A DNA stretch of 64,000 nt from Candidatus Doudnabacteria bacterium (GTDB lineage: Bacteria; Patescibacteriota; Doudnabacteria; UBA920): positions 510,305 through 574,304 of the forward strand of contig CAVYGQ010000001.1 of the NCBI GenBank assembly GCA_963768175.1. Reading direction: 5' to 3'. Within the stretch, counting starts at the first letter, position 1. Each line of letters opens with the position of its first letter. The notes beneath the pieces were generated by a model, which made no database searches, was not told the DNA's origin, and worked only from the letters and a program-made list of their open reading frames with translations. This document shows, in pieces, positions 47,246 through 57,324 of the stretch. A program made the position numbers and the translations under genes.

Positions 47246-47569
47246 TTATCCGATTAAATGTTTATCATCCGGTACCGACGGAATTTTTATGACCACGGTC
47301 GCCCCTGATTGCAAACACTTAAAATCCGCCGGCTCACCGGGAGGCAAGTCAACAATGTCACCCTGCCCCAATTCCTTATTGTTCATCAAAAATTTTCCGT
47401 TGACTATGGCCGTAATTTCGCGGGCAATCTTGTGGACATGTTTCTTTTCGGTATCGCCGGAACGATAATCTTTTATGGCTACCTCAAAGCCTTCGTTTTT
47501 ATAAAGCGAGGGAACAAAATTCCCGACCAGCCAGCCTTTGGTAAAATTTTCCAAACGGTTAATTTGCAT
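47246..47569 (-). CDS. Small cupin-domain protein
   Basis: 107-aa beta-rich protein with conserved His (HVHKIAREITAIVNG). Confidence 0.35.
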   Translation of the reverse strand: MQINRLENFTKGWLVGNFVPSLYKNEGFEVAIKDYRSGDTEKKHVHKIAREITAIVNGKFLMNNKELGQGDIVDLPPGEPADFKCLQSGATVVIKIPSVPDDKHLIG

Positions 47570-47570
47570 A

Positions 47571-48188
47571 TTAAAACAAATGGGGCAGATGATTTTTAAA
47601 AATATACAGGTTCACGTCATTGGCATTATCCACGACAATAACCTTTGCTCCCGAAGCTTTCGCGGCCGCAACTCCGTGCGGCGCGTCTTCCACTATGATT
47701 GTTTCTTTCGGTAAAACGTGCAACTTTTTCATAGCGGTAAGATATATTTCCGGATGGGGCTTATTGTGCTTAACATCCTGATTGGAAAGCAATAAATCAA
47801 AATAATCTTTTAACAGGGCATTTTGGAGCATAACTTCCACGGTTTCGCGTATAGAGTTGGAACATACGCCAAGTTTAATGCCGGCTTTTTTAAGACATTT
47901 TAGCATGAGCTGCTTGTCAAAAGACGGCCTGGTGTTGACAAAAAGGGCACGGCGCGTATTTTGTTGCTTAAGATCATAAATTAACTTGTGCAGAGCCTGC
48001 GGGAAACCCTTGTCTTGGGTCAATTTCTCCAGCTTGGTGTAGGTTGGCAAACCGTTATAAAAAGCCTCGTGCTCTTTGCGGCTGATGGCAAAACCAAAAA
48101 TCTCCAAAGCCCGATTTAAAGCCTCGTAGTGCCACTCTCGGGCATCCACCAAAACCCCGTCTAAATCAAAAAGTATCGCTTTTATCAT
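47571..48188 (-). CDS. HAD-IA family hydrolase (beta-phosphoglucomutase-like phosphatase)
   Basis: AILFDLDGVLVD motif I, S/T motif II, and K...DA motif III. Confidence 0.65.
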   Translation of the reverse strand: MIKAILFDLDGVLVDAREWHYEALNRALEIFGFAISRKEHEAFYNGLPTYTKLEKLTQDKGFPQALHKLIYDLKQQNTRRALFVNTRPSFDKQLMLKCLKKAGIKLGVCSNSIRETVEVMLQNALLKDYFDLLLSNQDVKHNKPHPEIYLTAMKKLHVLPKETIIVEDAPHGVAAAKASGAKVIVVDNANDVNLYIFKNHLPHLF

Positions 48189-48197
48189 AATCTATGT

Positions 48198-48872
48198 TCA
48201 TTTTGACAAAATTCCCTTTAGCAGTAAAGGGTAATCCGTGCAAATGCCGTCAGCCTGCCAAAAGATAAAATCCTGCCAACGCTTTTGCGTATCCTCCAAA
48301 GAAAAATTATGCAAGTCAGGCGAAATGCAATAAACAAGCCTGCCGGCCTCCTTTAATTCTTTTAAGTCCTGCCGCTTGCTCCAAAAAGAATCAAACTCGT
48401 CCAGCCAAATAATTCTGGATTCCTTAACTTCTAAAGCCCTCAAAACAGTCTCGTTACGATCGCTGACCCGAACGGCACACTCCAGCTCGGGAGCGAGCTG
48501 ATGAATACGGTCAATATAATTTTGGGGGTCCGCGCCCAAAACTTCAAGATCAAAATCAAACAAAAAAACGTTGCTTAACACCCCTTGGATTTTTAAAAAT
48601 TCAACCAAATCCTGCTCGTAGCCAAGTTCTTTAATATTTAGGGCAATTTCACAGAATTGTTCTTTCCAAATTTTAGTGTGCTCTAGGGCATCATGTTCCG
48701 CATCCGGCTTGCGCCTCGGGTCGTGGGAAATGTAAAATTCACCGGAAGGAAGCCGGCGAATATCGGTTTCAAAAAACCGGCAATTCCCCACAGCTCGCCT
48801 AAGCTGGCTCAAAGTATTTTCTGCCAACTCATTTTTCCCATCAAGTAAGTAGCGGTGACTGATAATTTCCAT
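48198..48872 (-). CDS. Glycerophosphodiester phosphodiesterase-like (GDPD fold)
   Basis: ISHRY...ENTLSQL...FETDIRRLPSGEFYISHD resembles the GDPD HR...EN...E.D...HD pattern. Confidence 0.4.
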   Translation of the reverse strand: MEIISHRYLLDGKNELAENTLSQLRRAVGNCRFFETDIRRLPSGEFYISHDPRRKPDAEHDALEHTKIWKEQFCEIALNIKELGYEQDLVEFLKIQGVLSNVFLFDFDLEVLGADPQNYIDRIHQLAPELECAVRVSDRNETVLRALEVKESRIIWLDEFDSFWSKRQDLKELKEAGRLVYCISPDLHNFSLEDTQKRWQDFIFWQADGICTDYPLLLKGILSK

Positions 48873-48879
48873 ATTTGCT

Positions 48880-50430
48880 TTATAAGTCTTGCTTATTTCC
48901 CAGCAGCAAACGCGATCTAATTTTTTGCCAAAAAGCCATAAATAAATTCCTGTCTTCCTTTTCCATAAAACCTAAAGCCACATAAATCCCCAGGTAGACC
49001 AACACCGCCAAAGGACCAACAACTATTAAGCTGGCGAGGTTCACCACCAACCTTTGCACCAGATAATGCATTAATAAAAAATACAGGACGGTGACAGTTA
49101 AAATTTTTGAATATAAAACCCCATAATATCTGCCCATGTCCGCCAGTCCCAGATACTTTTTTTCCACCCAGTAAAAAATCAACGGCACCGGCAAAACCGC
49201 ACCCAAATAAGCCCAAGCCGCGCCGACAATACCCCACCTCGGCACCAACAAAAGCAACAAAATAATATTCAACACGGCCAAGGACACGGACACAAAGGTT
49301 AAAAATTTTACCTTGTTTAAGCCGAGCAAAAAATTGTTCAGCGTACCGAGCAGGGCTAATAGGAAATAAGTGACGGCCAAAATAATCAAAATGGCGGCAC
49401 CTTTATCCGCAAAGTCTTTGCCCAGCCAATAAAACAAAATCTGATAAGCAAATGCGATAATCGCCGAGGTGCAAGCGGCAGCCAGTAAGCTTATGTTACG
49501 TATGGCCTTCCGGTAAATTGACTGAATCTGTACGGCTTTTTTTTCGCCCGTAATGGCACTGGTTACCGGGAAAAGCACACCAACCAAGCTACCGGTAATA
49601 CCATAAGTTTTTTGGGCGACATTTCCCGGAAGGCTGTAATAAGACAGTGACGACGTGCCGGAAAATATCGGCACAATGAACCGGTCCAGCTGAATTAAAG
49701 AGTTAGAGGCAAAATTGCTCACGGCGGCCAAAATACCGAAACGGTAAGCTGTTGCCATGGAAGGCTTATCCCAATCAAAATTAAGCTTAATGTGGGGCAG
49801 GAGCTTTTTAAAATTGTGGCGCAGCGCAACCAGCGCTATCAAGATGGTAAAAATATTAATAATTAAAATAGCTTTGAGCTTAAAACCCAAAAGGACGGCA
49901 ACCAAAACGCCCACGTTAAACAAAAACAGCTGGCTTAAGTTAATTTTGGTTATAACGTCAAAGCGCTGCAACGCCGCTGGCACGCCAGCATATAAAGTGC
50001 TGATGCTGGTAAAAAAAAATAAAATTCCCCCCAAAAGGAAAACAGTAAATATGTGCGGCTGATTTTGGGAGGCTATGTGGAAAAGCGACAAAAAAAACTT
50101 TCCCAGAACCAAATAAATTACCATTCCCAAAGCTCCAATGCCTATATAGAGCAAATTGGCGGAACTAATCAGCTTTTGCACACCGTCGGAATTGCCTTCC
50201 GCATTGTATTGGGAAATATATTTAATTAATGCCGTACTTAAACCCAAATCCAACAAAGCCATAAAGGCCGCTATGGTATTGACCAAAATATAAATGCCGT
50301 AATCAGCCACCCCTAATTTATGCACGATTACCGGGGTAATAAAAATGGAAAATAAAATCGGCACCGTGTAACCAATAAAGGTATAAGCGGAATTTTTTAA
50401 GGTTTTATGGGAAAGCGATTGTTCGGCCAC
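48880..50430 (-). CDS. wzx: Polysaccharide flippase (Wzx-type, MOP superfamily)
   Basis: About 14 TM helices; 516 aa. Confidence 0.7.
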   Translation of the reverse strand: MAEQSLSHKTLKNSAYTFIGYTVPILFSIFITPVIVHKLGVADYGIYILVNTIAAFMALLDLGLSTALIKYISQYNAEGNSDGVQKLISSANLLYIGIGALGMVIYLVLGKFFLSLFHIASQNQPHIFTVFLLGGILFFFTSISTLYAGVPAALQRFDVITKINLSQLFLFNVGVLVAVLLGFKLKAILIINIFTILIALVALRHNFKKLLPHIKLNFDWDKPSMATAYRFGILAAVSNFASNSLIQLDRFIVPIFSGTSSLSYYSLPGNVAQKTYGITGSLVGVLFPVTSAITGEKKAVQIQSIYRKAIRNISLLAAACTSAIIAFAYQILFYWLGKDFADKGAAILIILAVTYFLLALLGTLNNFLLGLNKVKFLTFVSVSLAVLNIILLLLLVPRWGIVGAAWAYLGAVLPVPLIFYWVEKKYLGLADMGRYYGVLYSKILTVTVLYFLLMHYLVQRLVVNLASLIVVGPLAVLVYLGIYVALGFMEKEDRNLFMAFWQKIRSRLLLGNKQDL

Positions 50431-50448
50431 AATTTGTCCTTGCGTAAA

Positions 50449-51429
50449 TTAATGCTGAAGCTGCTGATTTATCCAGTCATAAGTCTTCTTTAGCCCGACT
50501 TTTAAAGGCTGGCTGGGCGACCAGTTGAGCTTTTCCTTAAGGAGCCGGTTGTCGGAATTCCTGCCCCGCACTCCCAACGGCCCGTCTATGTGCTTAATGG
50601 TAAGTTTTTTCCCGGCAATTTCCATGGCCATTTCCGCCAGTTGGTTAATTGTGACCATTTCCTCGGAGCCGATGTTTACCGGCCCGCGGAAATCTTTGGC
50701 GGCCATAAGCCTCATTACGCCTTCCAGACATTCGTCAATATACAAAAATGACCGGGTTTGCAGGCCGTCGCCCCAAATTTCAATTTCCCCACCGTCTTTT
50801 GCCTCGGCCACTTTGCGGCAAATGGCCGCCGGCGCCTTTTCCCGGCCGCCCTGCCAGGTACCCTGGGGGCCGAAAATGTTGTGGAAACGGGCGATTTTGA
50901 CGTTCAAATTATAATTGCGAACAAAAGACAAATACATCCGTTCGCTGAATAATTTTTCCCAGCCGTATTCGCTGTCAGGCTGGGCCGGATAAGCCGAATC
51001 CTCGCTACATTTCGGATTATCGGGATCCAGCTGGTTGTAAGCCGGATACATACAGGCCGAGGAAGAATAAAAAAATTCTTTTATGCCAGCCTTTTGGCCA
51101 AAATGCGCGGCGTTTAAATTTATAAGCGCGGAATTATGCATGACGTCGGCATCGTGCTGCCCGGAAAACACATAACCGGCGCCGCCCATATCCGCGGCCA
51201 GCTGATAAACCTCATCAAAGTCGCGGTCTAAAATTTTTTGCCAGACTTCCGGCTTACGCAAATCGGCAATAACAAAGTCATCCGCCTCGGTCTTGCCGAA
51301 CTCCGGATATTTTAAATCCACTCCCCTGACCCAGGCGCCATCCTGTTTGAGCCTTTTAACCAAATGACTGCCAATAAAGCCGCCGGCGCCGCAGACTAAA
51401 ACCTGTTTGTTGTGAATTTGTTTGTTCAT
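50449..51429 (-). CDS. NAD-dependent epimerase/dehydratase
   Basis: VLVCGAGGFIGSHL and YxxxK. Confidence 0.7.
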   Translation of the reverse strand: MNKQIHNKQVLVCGAGGFIGSHLVKRLKQDGAWVRGVDLKYPEFGKTEADDFVIADLRKPEVWQKILDRDFDEVYQLAADMGGAGYVFSGQHDADVMHNSALINLNAAHFGQKAGIKEFFYSSSACMYPAYNQLDPDNPKCSEDSAYPAQPDSEYGWEKLFSERMYLSFVRNYNLNVKIARFHNIFGPQGTWQGGREKAPAAICRKVAEAKDGGEIEIWGDGLQTRSFLYIDECLEGVMRLMAAKDFRGPVNIGSEEMVTINQLAEMAMEIAGKKLTIKHIDGPLGVRGRNSDNRLLKEKLNWSPSQPLKVGLKKTYDWINQQLQH

Positions 51430-51439
51430 AATTGTAATG

Positions 51440-51685
51440 TTACCAATCTTTTACTTTTGAAATAGTTTTCGTTTTTAATTTTTGGTAAGCGCCGGTGGCT
51501 TTTACGTCCAGCTCCGGAGACAGCAAAGTTAAAATCTCATGCCCCATAATCCGGTACTGTTTGCCGATTTTATTGGCGCGCAACAGGCCGGACTTTAGCA
51601 TGCGCTTAACCGTACTATTACTGATTTTCAGCAACTTTTGGGTTTCTTCGGTGGTATAAACTTCGTTGGGTTTTATTTCAGGCAT
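51440..51685 (-). CDS. Small helix-turn-helix DNA-binding protein, excisionase/MerR-like HTH_17 family
   Basis: YTTEETQKLLKISNSTVKRMLKSGLLRANKIGKQYRI matches the excisionase-family HTH consensus. Confidence 0.55.
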   Translation of the reverse strand: MPEIKPNEVYTTEETQKLLKISNSTVKRMLKSGLLRANKIGKQYRIMGHEILTLLSPELDVKATGAYQKLKTKTISKVKDW

Positions 51686-51767
51686 AAGGCAATTTAAAAA
51701 TTTAAATATAAAAAGATTTAAAGATTACATTAGAATATTTAATCTTTCAAAGTCCAGATACTGCTGA

Positions 51768-51867
51768 GTTGATGACGGTCTTCTGGCGTGAATGTTTTAA
51801 AACGATCAATTTTAACCAAAATTTAAAATTTTTAAGAACGTATTTGCCAGAAGACCGTCATCAAACG
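51768..51867. repeat. 19-bp perfect inverted repeat (TTGATGACGGTCTTCTGGC / GCCAGAAGACCGTCATCAA) separated by an AT-rich spacer of about 60 nt
   Basis: Seen in sequence, between the HTH gene start and the stop of the CgeB-like glycosyltransferase gene. Confidence 0.4.
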
Positions 51868-51938
51868 TATGATCTAAATACACCCCCATTATATCAAGAG
51901 GTGTATTTAGGTGTCAATAAGTGTCAATAGAGGCCAAA

Positions 51939-53012
51939 TTACATTATTTTAGAGAAGATATCCACAAAGCGCCGCTGATAAGTATGCTCTTTAATTGTCC
52001 TTTGGTAGCCGGCTTGGGCTATTTGTTTTCTTTGTTCTTCGTGCACCAAAAAGTACCGGCATTTTTCCGCCATGTCCACGGCATTCTTAAACACCGCTAT
52101 TTCTTTTTCGAGTTCGTAATACTCGGCCAAATTATCATCAACGATTTGTGTCAACAAAAATCCGCCGCAAGCCGGAATCTCAAAAGTCCGGCCCTTTATA
52201 GCGCGCCTGCGCATGGACAAAAATGCTCGGGCGTTGGAAACCAAATGGTGGCCGTCAAACCGCAAGCTCCCCTGTTGTTTTTTGACCACTAACTTAGCGG
52301 CATTGCGCAATAGCCCTCTTAGGCCGTAATTGTGGGTTTCCGAAAAATTCAAATTTATTTTGCTGTAGGAAAAAATCTCCAACATTTTCTGCTGGCTCGC
52401 CCGGCCAGCCGGCCAACCATTGCCATAGCTTTCGGCAGGCAACCGATGATTCCTTAAATAATCAATATATTTTCCCCGATTGCCGTAATTCTTTCCCACG
52501 AAAGTTATATTATAGCTTCCGATTTTCCGATTTTCCGATTTTCCGGCCGGTTGGTATAAAAATGTATTAGCCGCCCATTGTGTTTTTATGACATTGGTAA
52601 TGCCATAATGGCGGTAAATTTCCAATGCGCTTGAATCCGTAGTGGACACCATGGTAAACAGCGACGCCCAGTAGCGGGAAAAAACCGGTATACGCCAGTG
52701 GTCATCGGCAAACCAGTTAAAAGTTTTGGTTTTGGTCTTTTTGGTAATATAAGAAATAGTTTCTTTTTCCAATTCTTCTGAAAATAAAAAACAGAATAGC
52801 AAATCCGGCTTGGTCTCCTCAACGGTTGCAATCAGCAGGCGGTTCATCTCCTCCCTGCCGAGAGCCGATGTTTGCTCATCTGTGGCAAAAAATTCCGCCT
52901 CAACGCCGGGCATGCGCTTTAGTGCGTCAAAAAAATTCGCATACTCCATGGACAGCCCCAAAGAGGGTTTGCCATAGTCGTATTTAAAGCTGCAAAAGAG
53001 GATTTTAGTCAT
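51939..53012 (-). CDS. CgeB-like glycosyltransferase (Glyco_trans_1_2 family)
   Basis: C-terminal KGRTFEIPACGGFLLTQ matches the CgeB family motif. Confidence 0.5.
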   Translation of the reverse strand: MTKILFCSFKYDYGKPSLGLSMEYANFFDALKRMPGVEAEFFATDEQTSALGREEMNRLLIATVEETKPDLLFCFLFSEELEKETISYITKKTKTKTFNWFADDHWRIPVFSRYWASLFTMVSTTDSSALEIYRHYGITNVIKTQWAANTFLYQPAGKSENRKIGSYNITFVGKNYGNRGKYIDYLRNHRLPAESYGNGWPAGRASQQKMLEIFSYSKINLNFSETHNYGLRGLLRNAAKLVVKKQQGSLRFDGHHLVSNARAFLSMRRRAIKGRTFEIPACGGFLLTQIVDDNLAEYYELEKEIAVFKNAVDMAEKCRYFLVHEEQRKQIAQAGYQRTIKEHTYQRRFVDIFSKIM

Positions 53013-53184
53013 TTAAAAATTTAAAAATTTAAAAAATAAAATAATTTAAAAATCCTGGCTTTGCAAATAATCAAACAAAACCCGGCCTTGCCTGCCGCCC
53101 CACAAATTTAAGCTAAGCAACTTCATATTGTTGTTGGTGTTTTTTTCAAAAACCTGCGGCTCTAAAAACGGCCGGCAAAGGCCT

Positions 53185-53841
53185 TTAAATCCGGGCTTGC
53201 TTTAAAGCCGCCTCGTATCTTTGGGCGAATTCGTCTATACTGCCTTGGGTTTTGGGATGGGTAAAACCGGCTTCCAAAAGCTCCGGGCTGACAGTTAAAA
53301 TGTCGCCCCTGGTCAGCATAGCCATTTCCAAATCCGCCGGGGTGCGCAGGCTACCGACAATAATTTCGGACTTCAGCCCGTTTTGGACAATAAATTCCTT
53401 GGCGCGGTTGATTTCCCTGACCGAATCCACACCTGCGTCGCGGCCGCGGCAAAAAAACTGGCTGACATAGTCGGCACCCTGCTGCGCCGCTAATGCCAAT
53501 TGCCGAAAAGTCATTAAAGCGGTAACGTTTAATTTATAGCCCTCCGCTTTTAAAATACGGATGGCCTGCATCCCGTGGATATTGCCGGGGATTTTGATAA
53601 TTATATTTGACCCTATGGTAGCCAGCTTCCTGGCATCCTGACAAATTTGCTCGGTGGAATTGGCGTAAACCACTTCCGCGCTTATCGGCAAAGTCGGCAC
53701 CAAGGCGCACATTTGAGCCAACTTCTCTTCCTGCTTTATTCCCTCTTTGCTCATAATAGCCGGATTGCTGGTCACGCCGTCCACTAACTTTTGGTATTTT
53801 TTTATGGCCTCCAAATTCGCTGTATCCAAATAAAACTTCAT
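53185..53841 (-). CDS. tal: Transaldolase / fructose-6-phosphate aldolase (TalC/FsaA short subfamily)
   Basis: MKFYLDTANLEAI...VTSNP; 218 aa from the internal Met. The ORF track start at 53871 is 10 codons longer. Confidence 0.8.
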   Translation of the reverse strand: MKFYLDTANLEAIKKYQKLVDGVTSNPAIMSKEGIKQEEKLAQMCALVPTLPISAEVVYANSTEQICQDARKLATIGSNIIIKIPGNIHGMQAIRILKAEGYKLNVTALMTFRQLALAAQQGADYVSQFFCRGRDAGVDSVREINRAKEFIVQNGLKSEIIVGSLRTPADLEMAMLTRGDILTVSPELLEAGFTHPKTQGSIDEFAQRYEAALKQARI

Positions 53842-53924
53842 AAATTGGCGGTTAATATTAATTAATATCAAATAATAGCACGGCTAAGCTTTAAAAGCAA
53901 GCCATTGTTAGCTATAATGTCCTT

Positions 53925-55028
53925 ATGCGTTTATTATACATTATAACCTCGGCCGACGGCGGCGGGGCGCAAAAATACGTCTTGGATTTAGCCGAATACT
54001 TTAAAGCGCCGATTGCCGCGGGCAACGAAACCGGCCGGCTTTTTGAACAGGCCAAAGCCCGCGGCCTTTCAACTTTTGGGCTCAAACATTTAAAAAGAAA
54101 CCTGCACCCTCGGCACGATTTTTTGGCCGTTGGGGAAATTTACCGCATTATTAAATTAACCAACCCCGACATTGTCCATCTCAATTCCAGCAAGGCCGGG
54201 GTATTGGGCGCCGTGGCCGCGAAACTGGCCCGCAAAAAAGTAATTTTTACGGCTCACGGCATGTATTACTTTACCAATACGCCGCCGCTTAAAAGATGGG
54301 CTTATGCCTTGGCCGAAAAATTTGCCGCGCTGTTTTGGGACCGGCTCATTGCCGTAAGCAAAAAAGATGCCAGCTTGGCACTAAAATACCACTTGTTGCC
54401 GGCCAAAAACATTAACGCAATTTATAACGGTTTGCCGCCCATCGTTTTTTTACCAAGAGACCAGGCCCAAAAACAATTAGGAGCCAGCCCAGATAAAATA
54501 ATCTTAGGCTGCGTTGCCCAATATTACCACCGAAAAGGCCTTGATATTTTAATTCAGGCGGCCGCGGCTTTGCCGCAACAGCTGAGGCAGAATACGGAGA
54601 TTTTTTTAATCGGACAGGGGCCGGAGCGGACAAATTTGGAAAAACTGATTAGAGACCTGAATCTGCAAAAAACCGTCAGTCTAAAAAACTTCCAAGCCCA
54701 GGCTTCTACCCTGCTTAAGGCTTTGGATGTTTTTGTTTTGCCTTCCCGCTACGAAGGCCTCCCTTACGCCCTTTTGGAAGCCATGCAGGCCGGCTTGCCC
54801 ATAATAGCGACAAAAGTCGGCGGCAACGCCGAGGCTTTGGGCGATGCCGGAGTTCTGGTTGAGCCAGAAAACAGCAAAGCTTTAGCCGAGGCCATCACAA
54901 ATTTAATCGGCAACGAGCCGATGAGAAGCACCCTTTCCCAAAAAGCCTTGGAGCAATCCAAACTTTTTACCGAAGAAAAAATGCTAGCGGAAACCGAAAA
55001 AGTTTACATAAAAATGCTAAATAGATAA
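53925..55028 (+). CDS. Glycosyltransferase family 4 (GT-B)
   Basis: LLYIITSADGGGAQKYV N-terminus and the C-terminal EGLPYALLEAMQAGLPIIAT motif. Confidence 0.75.
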   Translation: MRLLYIITSADGGGAQKYVLDLAEYFKAPIAAGNETGRLFEQAKARGLSTFGLKHLKRNLHPRHDFLAVGEIYRIIKLTNPDIVHLNSSKAGVLGAVAAKLARKKVIFTAHGMYYFTNTPPLKRWAYALAEKFAALFWDRLIAVSKKDASLALKYHLLPAKNINAIYNGLPPIVFLPRDQAQKQLGASPDKIILGCVAQYYHRKGLDILIQAAAALPQQLRQNTEIFLIGQGPERTNLEKLIRDLNLQKTVSLKNFQAQASTLLKALDVFVLPSRYEGLPYALLEAMQAGLPIIATKVGGNAEALGDAGVLVEPENSKALAEAITNLIGNEPMRSTLSQKALEQSKLFTEEKMLAETEKVYIKMLNR

Positions 55029-55086
55029 CAACCAATCAATAGAGGGGACACCTCTTCCAGAGGTGTCCCCTCTATTTCGCATAACC

Positions 55087-57324
55087 TTATTTAAGGGAAT
55101 TTATAAAATCCTGAAAATGCTTGGCATCAGCGGCATCTTGGGTAATTAACGATTGGGCGATGGCAATGGCCTCTTGCTTGTTGCCAAGCTTGGCGTCATC
55201 CTGCGCCAAGGCCCAAAGATCCTGCAAAGCGCTCGGGTCAATTTTTACCGCGAGCCGGTAAACATCCGCGGCAGCGGCAAAATTATTTTGCTTATCGTAT
55301 AAAGCCCCAAGCCAGTCAATTTGCCTGGCCGCGGTGGGCTGGTAGCCGGAGTTTAGAACCTCCCGGGCGGTTTGCATAGCTTTATCGCTTTGGTTGGAAT
55401 AATAGTAAATAACCGCAAGCTGAAGTTTTGCTTCGTTATCCTGCGGGATATCGCCGACGATTTTTTCATATATGGCCGCCGCTGCCGTTAGATTATTTTG
55501 CGAAATGTCAAGGCGGGCCAGCATTTCCTCGGGCTCCGGGCGCTTGGGCGCCAAATTCACGGCTGTTTGGGCGGCCAATACTGCATTTGGATCCAAAGCG
55601 GTTTTGTTATAAATGGAATTTGCCAAATACAGGTTGGAAAGATCCTGCCAAGCGGTCGGATCGTTAGGCACCCGCTTTACAGCCTCCTGCTCAGCATTAA
55701 TGGCATCCTGCAGATTTTGACTAATGAACTGGGCTGTTACGCCTGAAGGAGGATTGCCCGCCAAACTCGTGGCAAAATCCGCATACTTTAAGATAAATTG
55801 GACGGGGTCAAAATCAAACGGAGAATTTAACCCTTTGTCAAAATAACTTTTGGCAATTTGCGGGTCAACGGCGGCATAGGCATAGCCGAAATTTACGTCC
55901 TTAGCCACCTGTAGGCCGGTAATATTGCCCAAATAAACAACATATAAAATTACCACGGCCGATATGCCGAACGCCACGCCGGAAAACATCGGATCCAAAC
56001 CGGATTTCCTGTTTTTGTTCGGCGCATCAACCGCGCGTGATTCGTGCCACAAATAAGCCATCAAGCCGATATATATAAAAAATGCCATGCTGGCGCCGAC
56101 GGTATCAAAGACGAATAAATTTTGGATTTGGTAAACTATCAGCCCGCAGACCAACAAACAAAATTCCGGCAGGAGCAAAATTTGTTTGCGGAAGGCCGCC
56201 CACATCGCCCAGAGGGAAAACACCAGCAAACCCAGGTAAGCGGCAAAGCCAAAAATTCCGCTGGTCACCAAAACTTCTATTAAATAATTGTGCGGCTTGT
56301 CAAACCAGCTGGGGTCGTACTGGTAAATTGCGGGGTTGTAATATTTATTGGAAATAAAATAATAATTTTCCGGCCCCACGCCCAAAATCGGATGGTCTTT
56401 ATAGCCCTTAAGCGCCACCCCCCACTGTATCAGCCTGGCCTCAGTATTAACGTCGTTAAGGTTAAACACGCGATGCAGCATCCCCCCTTGCGGAAGATCG
56501 GCATGAAACGTAAACAGTAAAACAACAATAACTCCGAATGCCACGACTAAGGAGCCACCCCATATCCTAATTTTCCTGGCAGGATTTAAAACAACATATA
56601 AGACCGCCGCGACAAAAATACCGATACCCAAACCCACCACGCAGCCGCGGGTCTCGCTCAAAAAAATTACCCAAGCCTGGAGCAGTACAAATACCCAATA
56701 CATAATTTTTTTCCATACCGCCTCTTCCGAAACGGCAAAAAACGCGGCCAAAAACATCGGAATTACCATGAAACTGGCAATGAATATCGGGTTGCCAAAA
56801 GTGCCGGAAACCCTGCGGGTAAGAAGGGTCGTTAAGTAAAAAATGATTATGCGTCAACTGGACCATAACGCCGTCCAAAGAAAGGGTTACTCCAATGCCG
56901 ACCAAAAACTGTAAAAATAGACGCAAATAACGGACATTCATTTGCCCTATCATTAAAACGTAAAAATATAGCAAACAAAGATGGGCTAAATAAAACACGC
57001 CGCCCATGCGCTCAAAGTTGCCCCAAATGCTGCGCAAAGGATTAACCCCGAACAGTCCGGCAATCAGGTTAAACAAAAAAAAGCCAATATGGAAATAGTC
57101 AGGGGGTTTTTAAACGACGGGCGGTATTGGGGGTAGCGCAAAAATAAATACAAATAAAACGGCAGTGCCAATTCCACCAAAATACGGAGATAAAAAGCTT
57201 TGGAAGTGACAAAAGGAAACAGCAATTCCTTAAATACCATAAATGGCGTCAGCATCGCCAAAGCAACCAAACCGATAAATACAAAAGAAACAAATTTTTT
57301 ATTCACCCCGTTAGAAGTCGCCAT
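55087..57324 (-). CDS. O-antigen ligase/polymerase-like membrane protein (Wzy_C domain) fused to C-terminal TPR repeats. The coding sequence is split over three overlapping ORFs (57064-57324, 56567-57076, 55087-56769) by apparent frameshifts.
   Basis: N-terminal fragment MATSNGVNKKFVSFVFIGLVALAML. The Wzy_C-like region contains LVTSGIFGFAAYLGLLVF. The C-terminal 250 aa are TPR-like. The middle ORF decays into nonsense, consistent with a frameshift near 56.8 kb. Confidence 0.5.
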
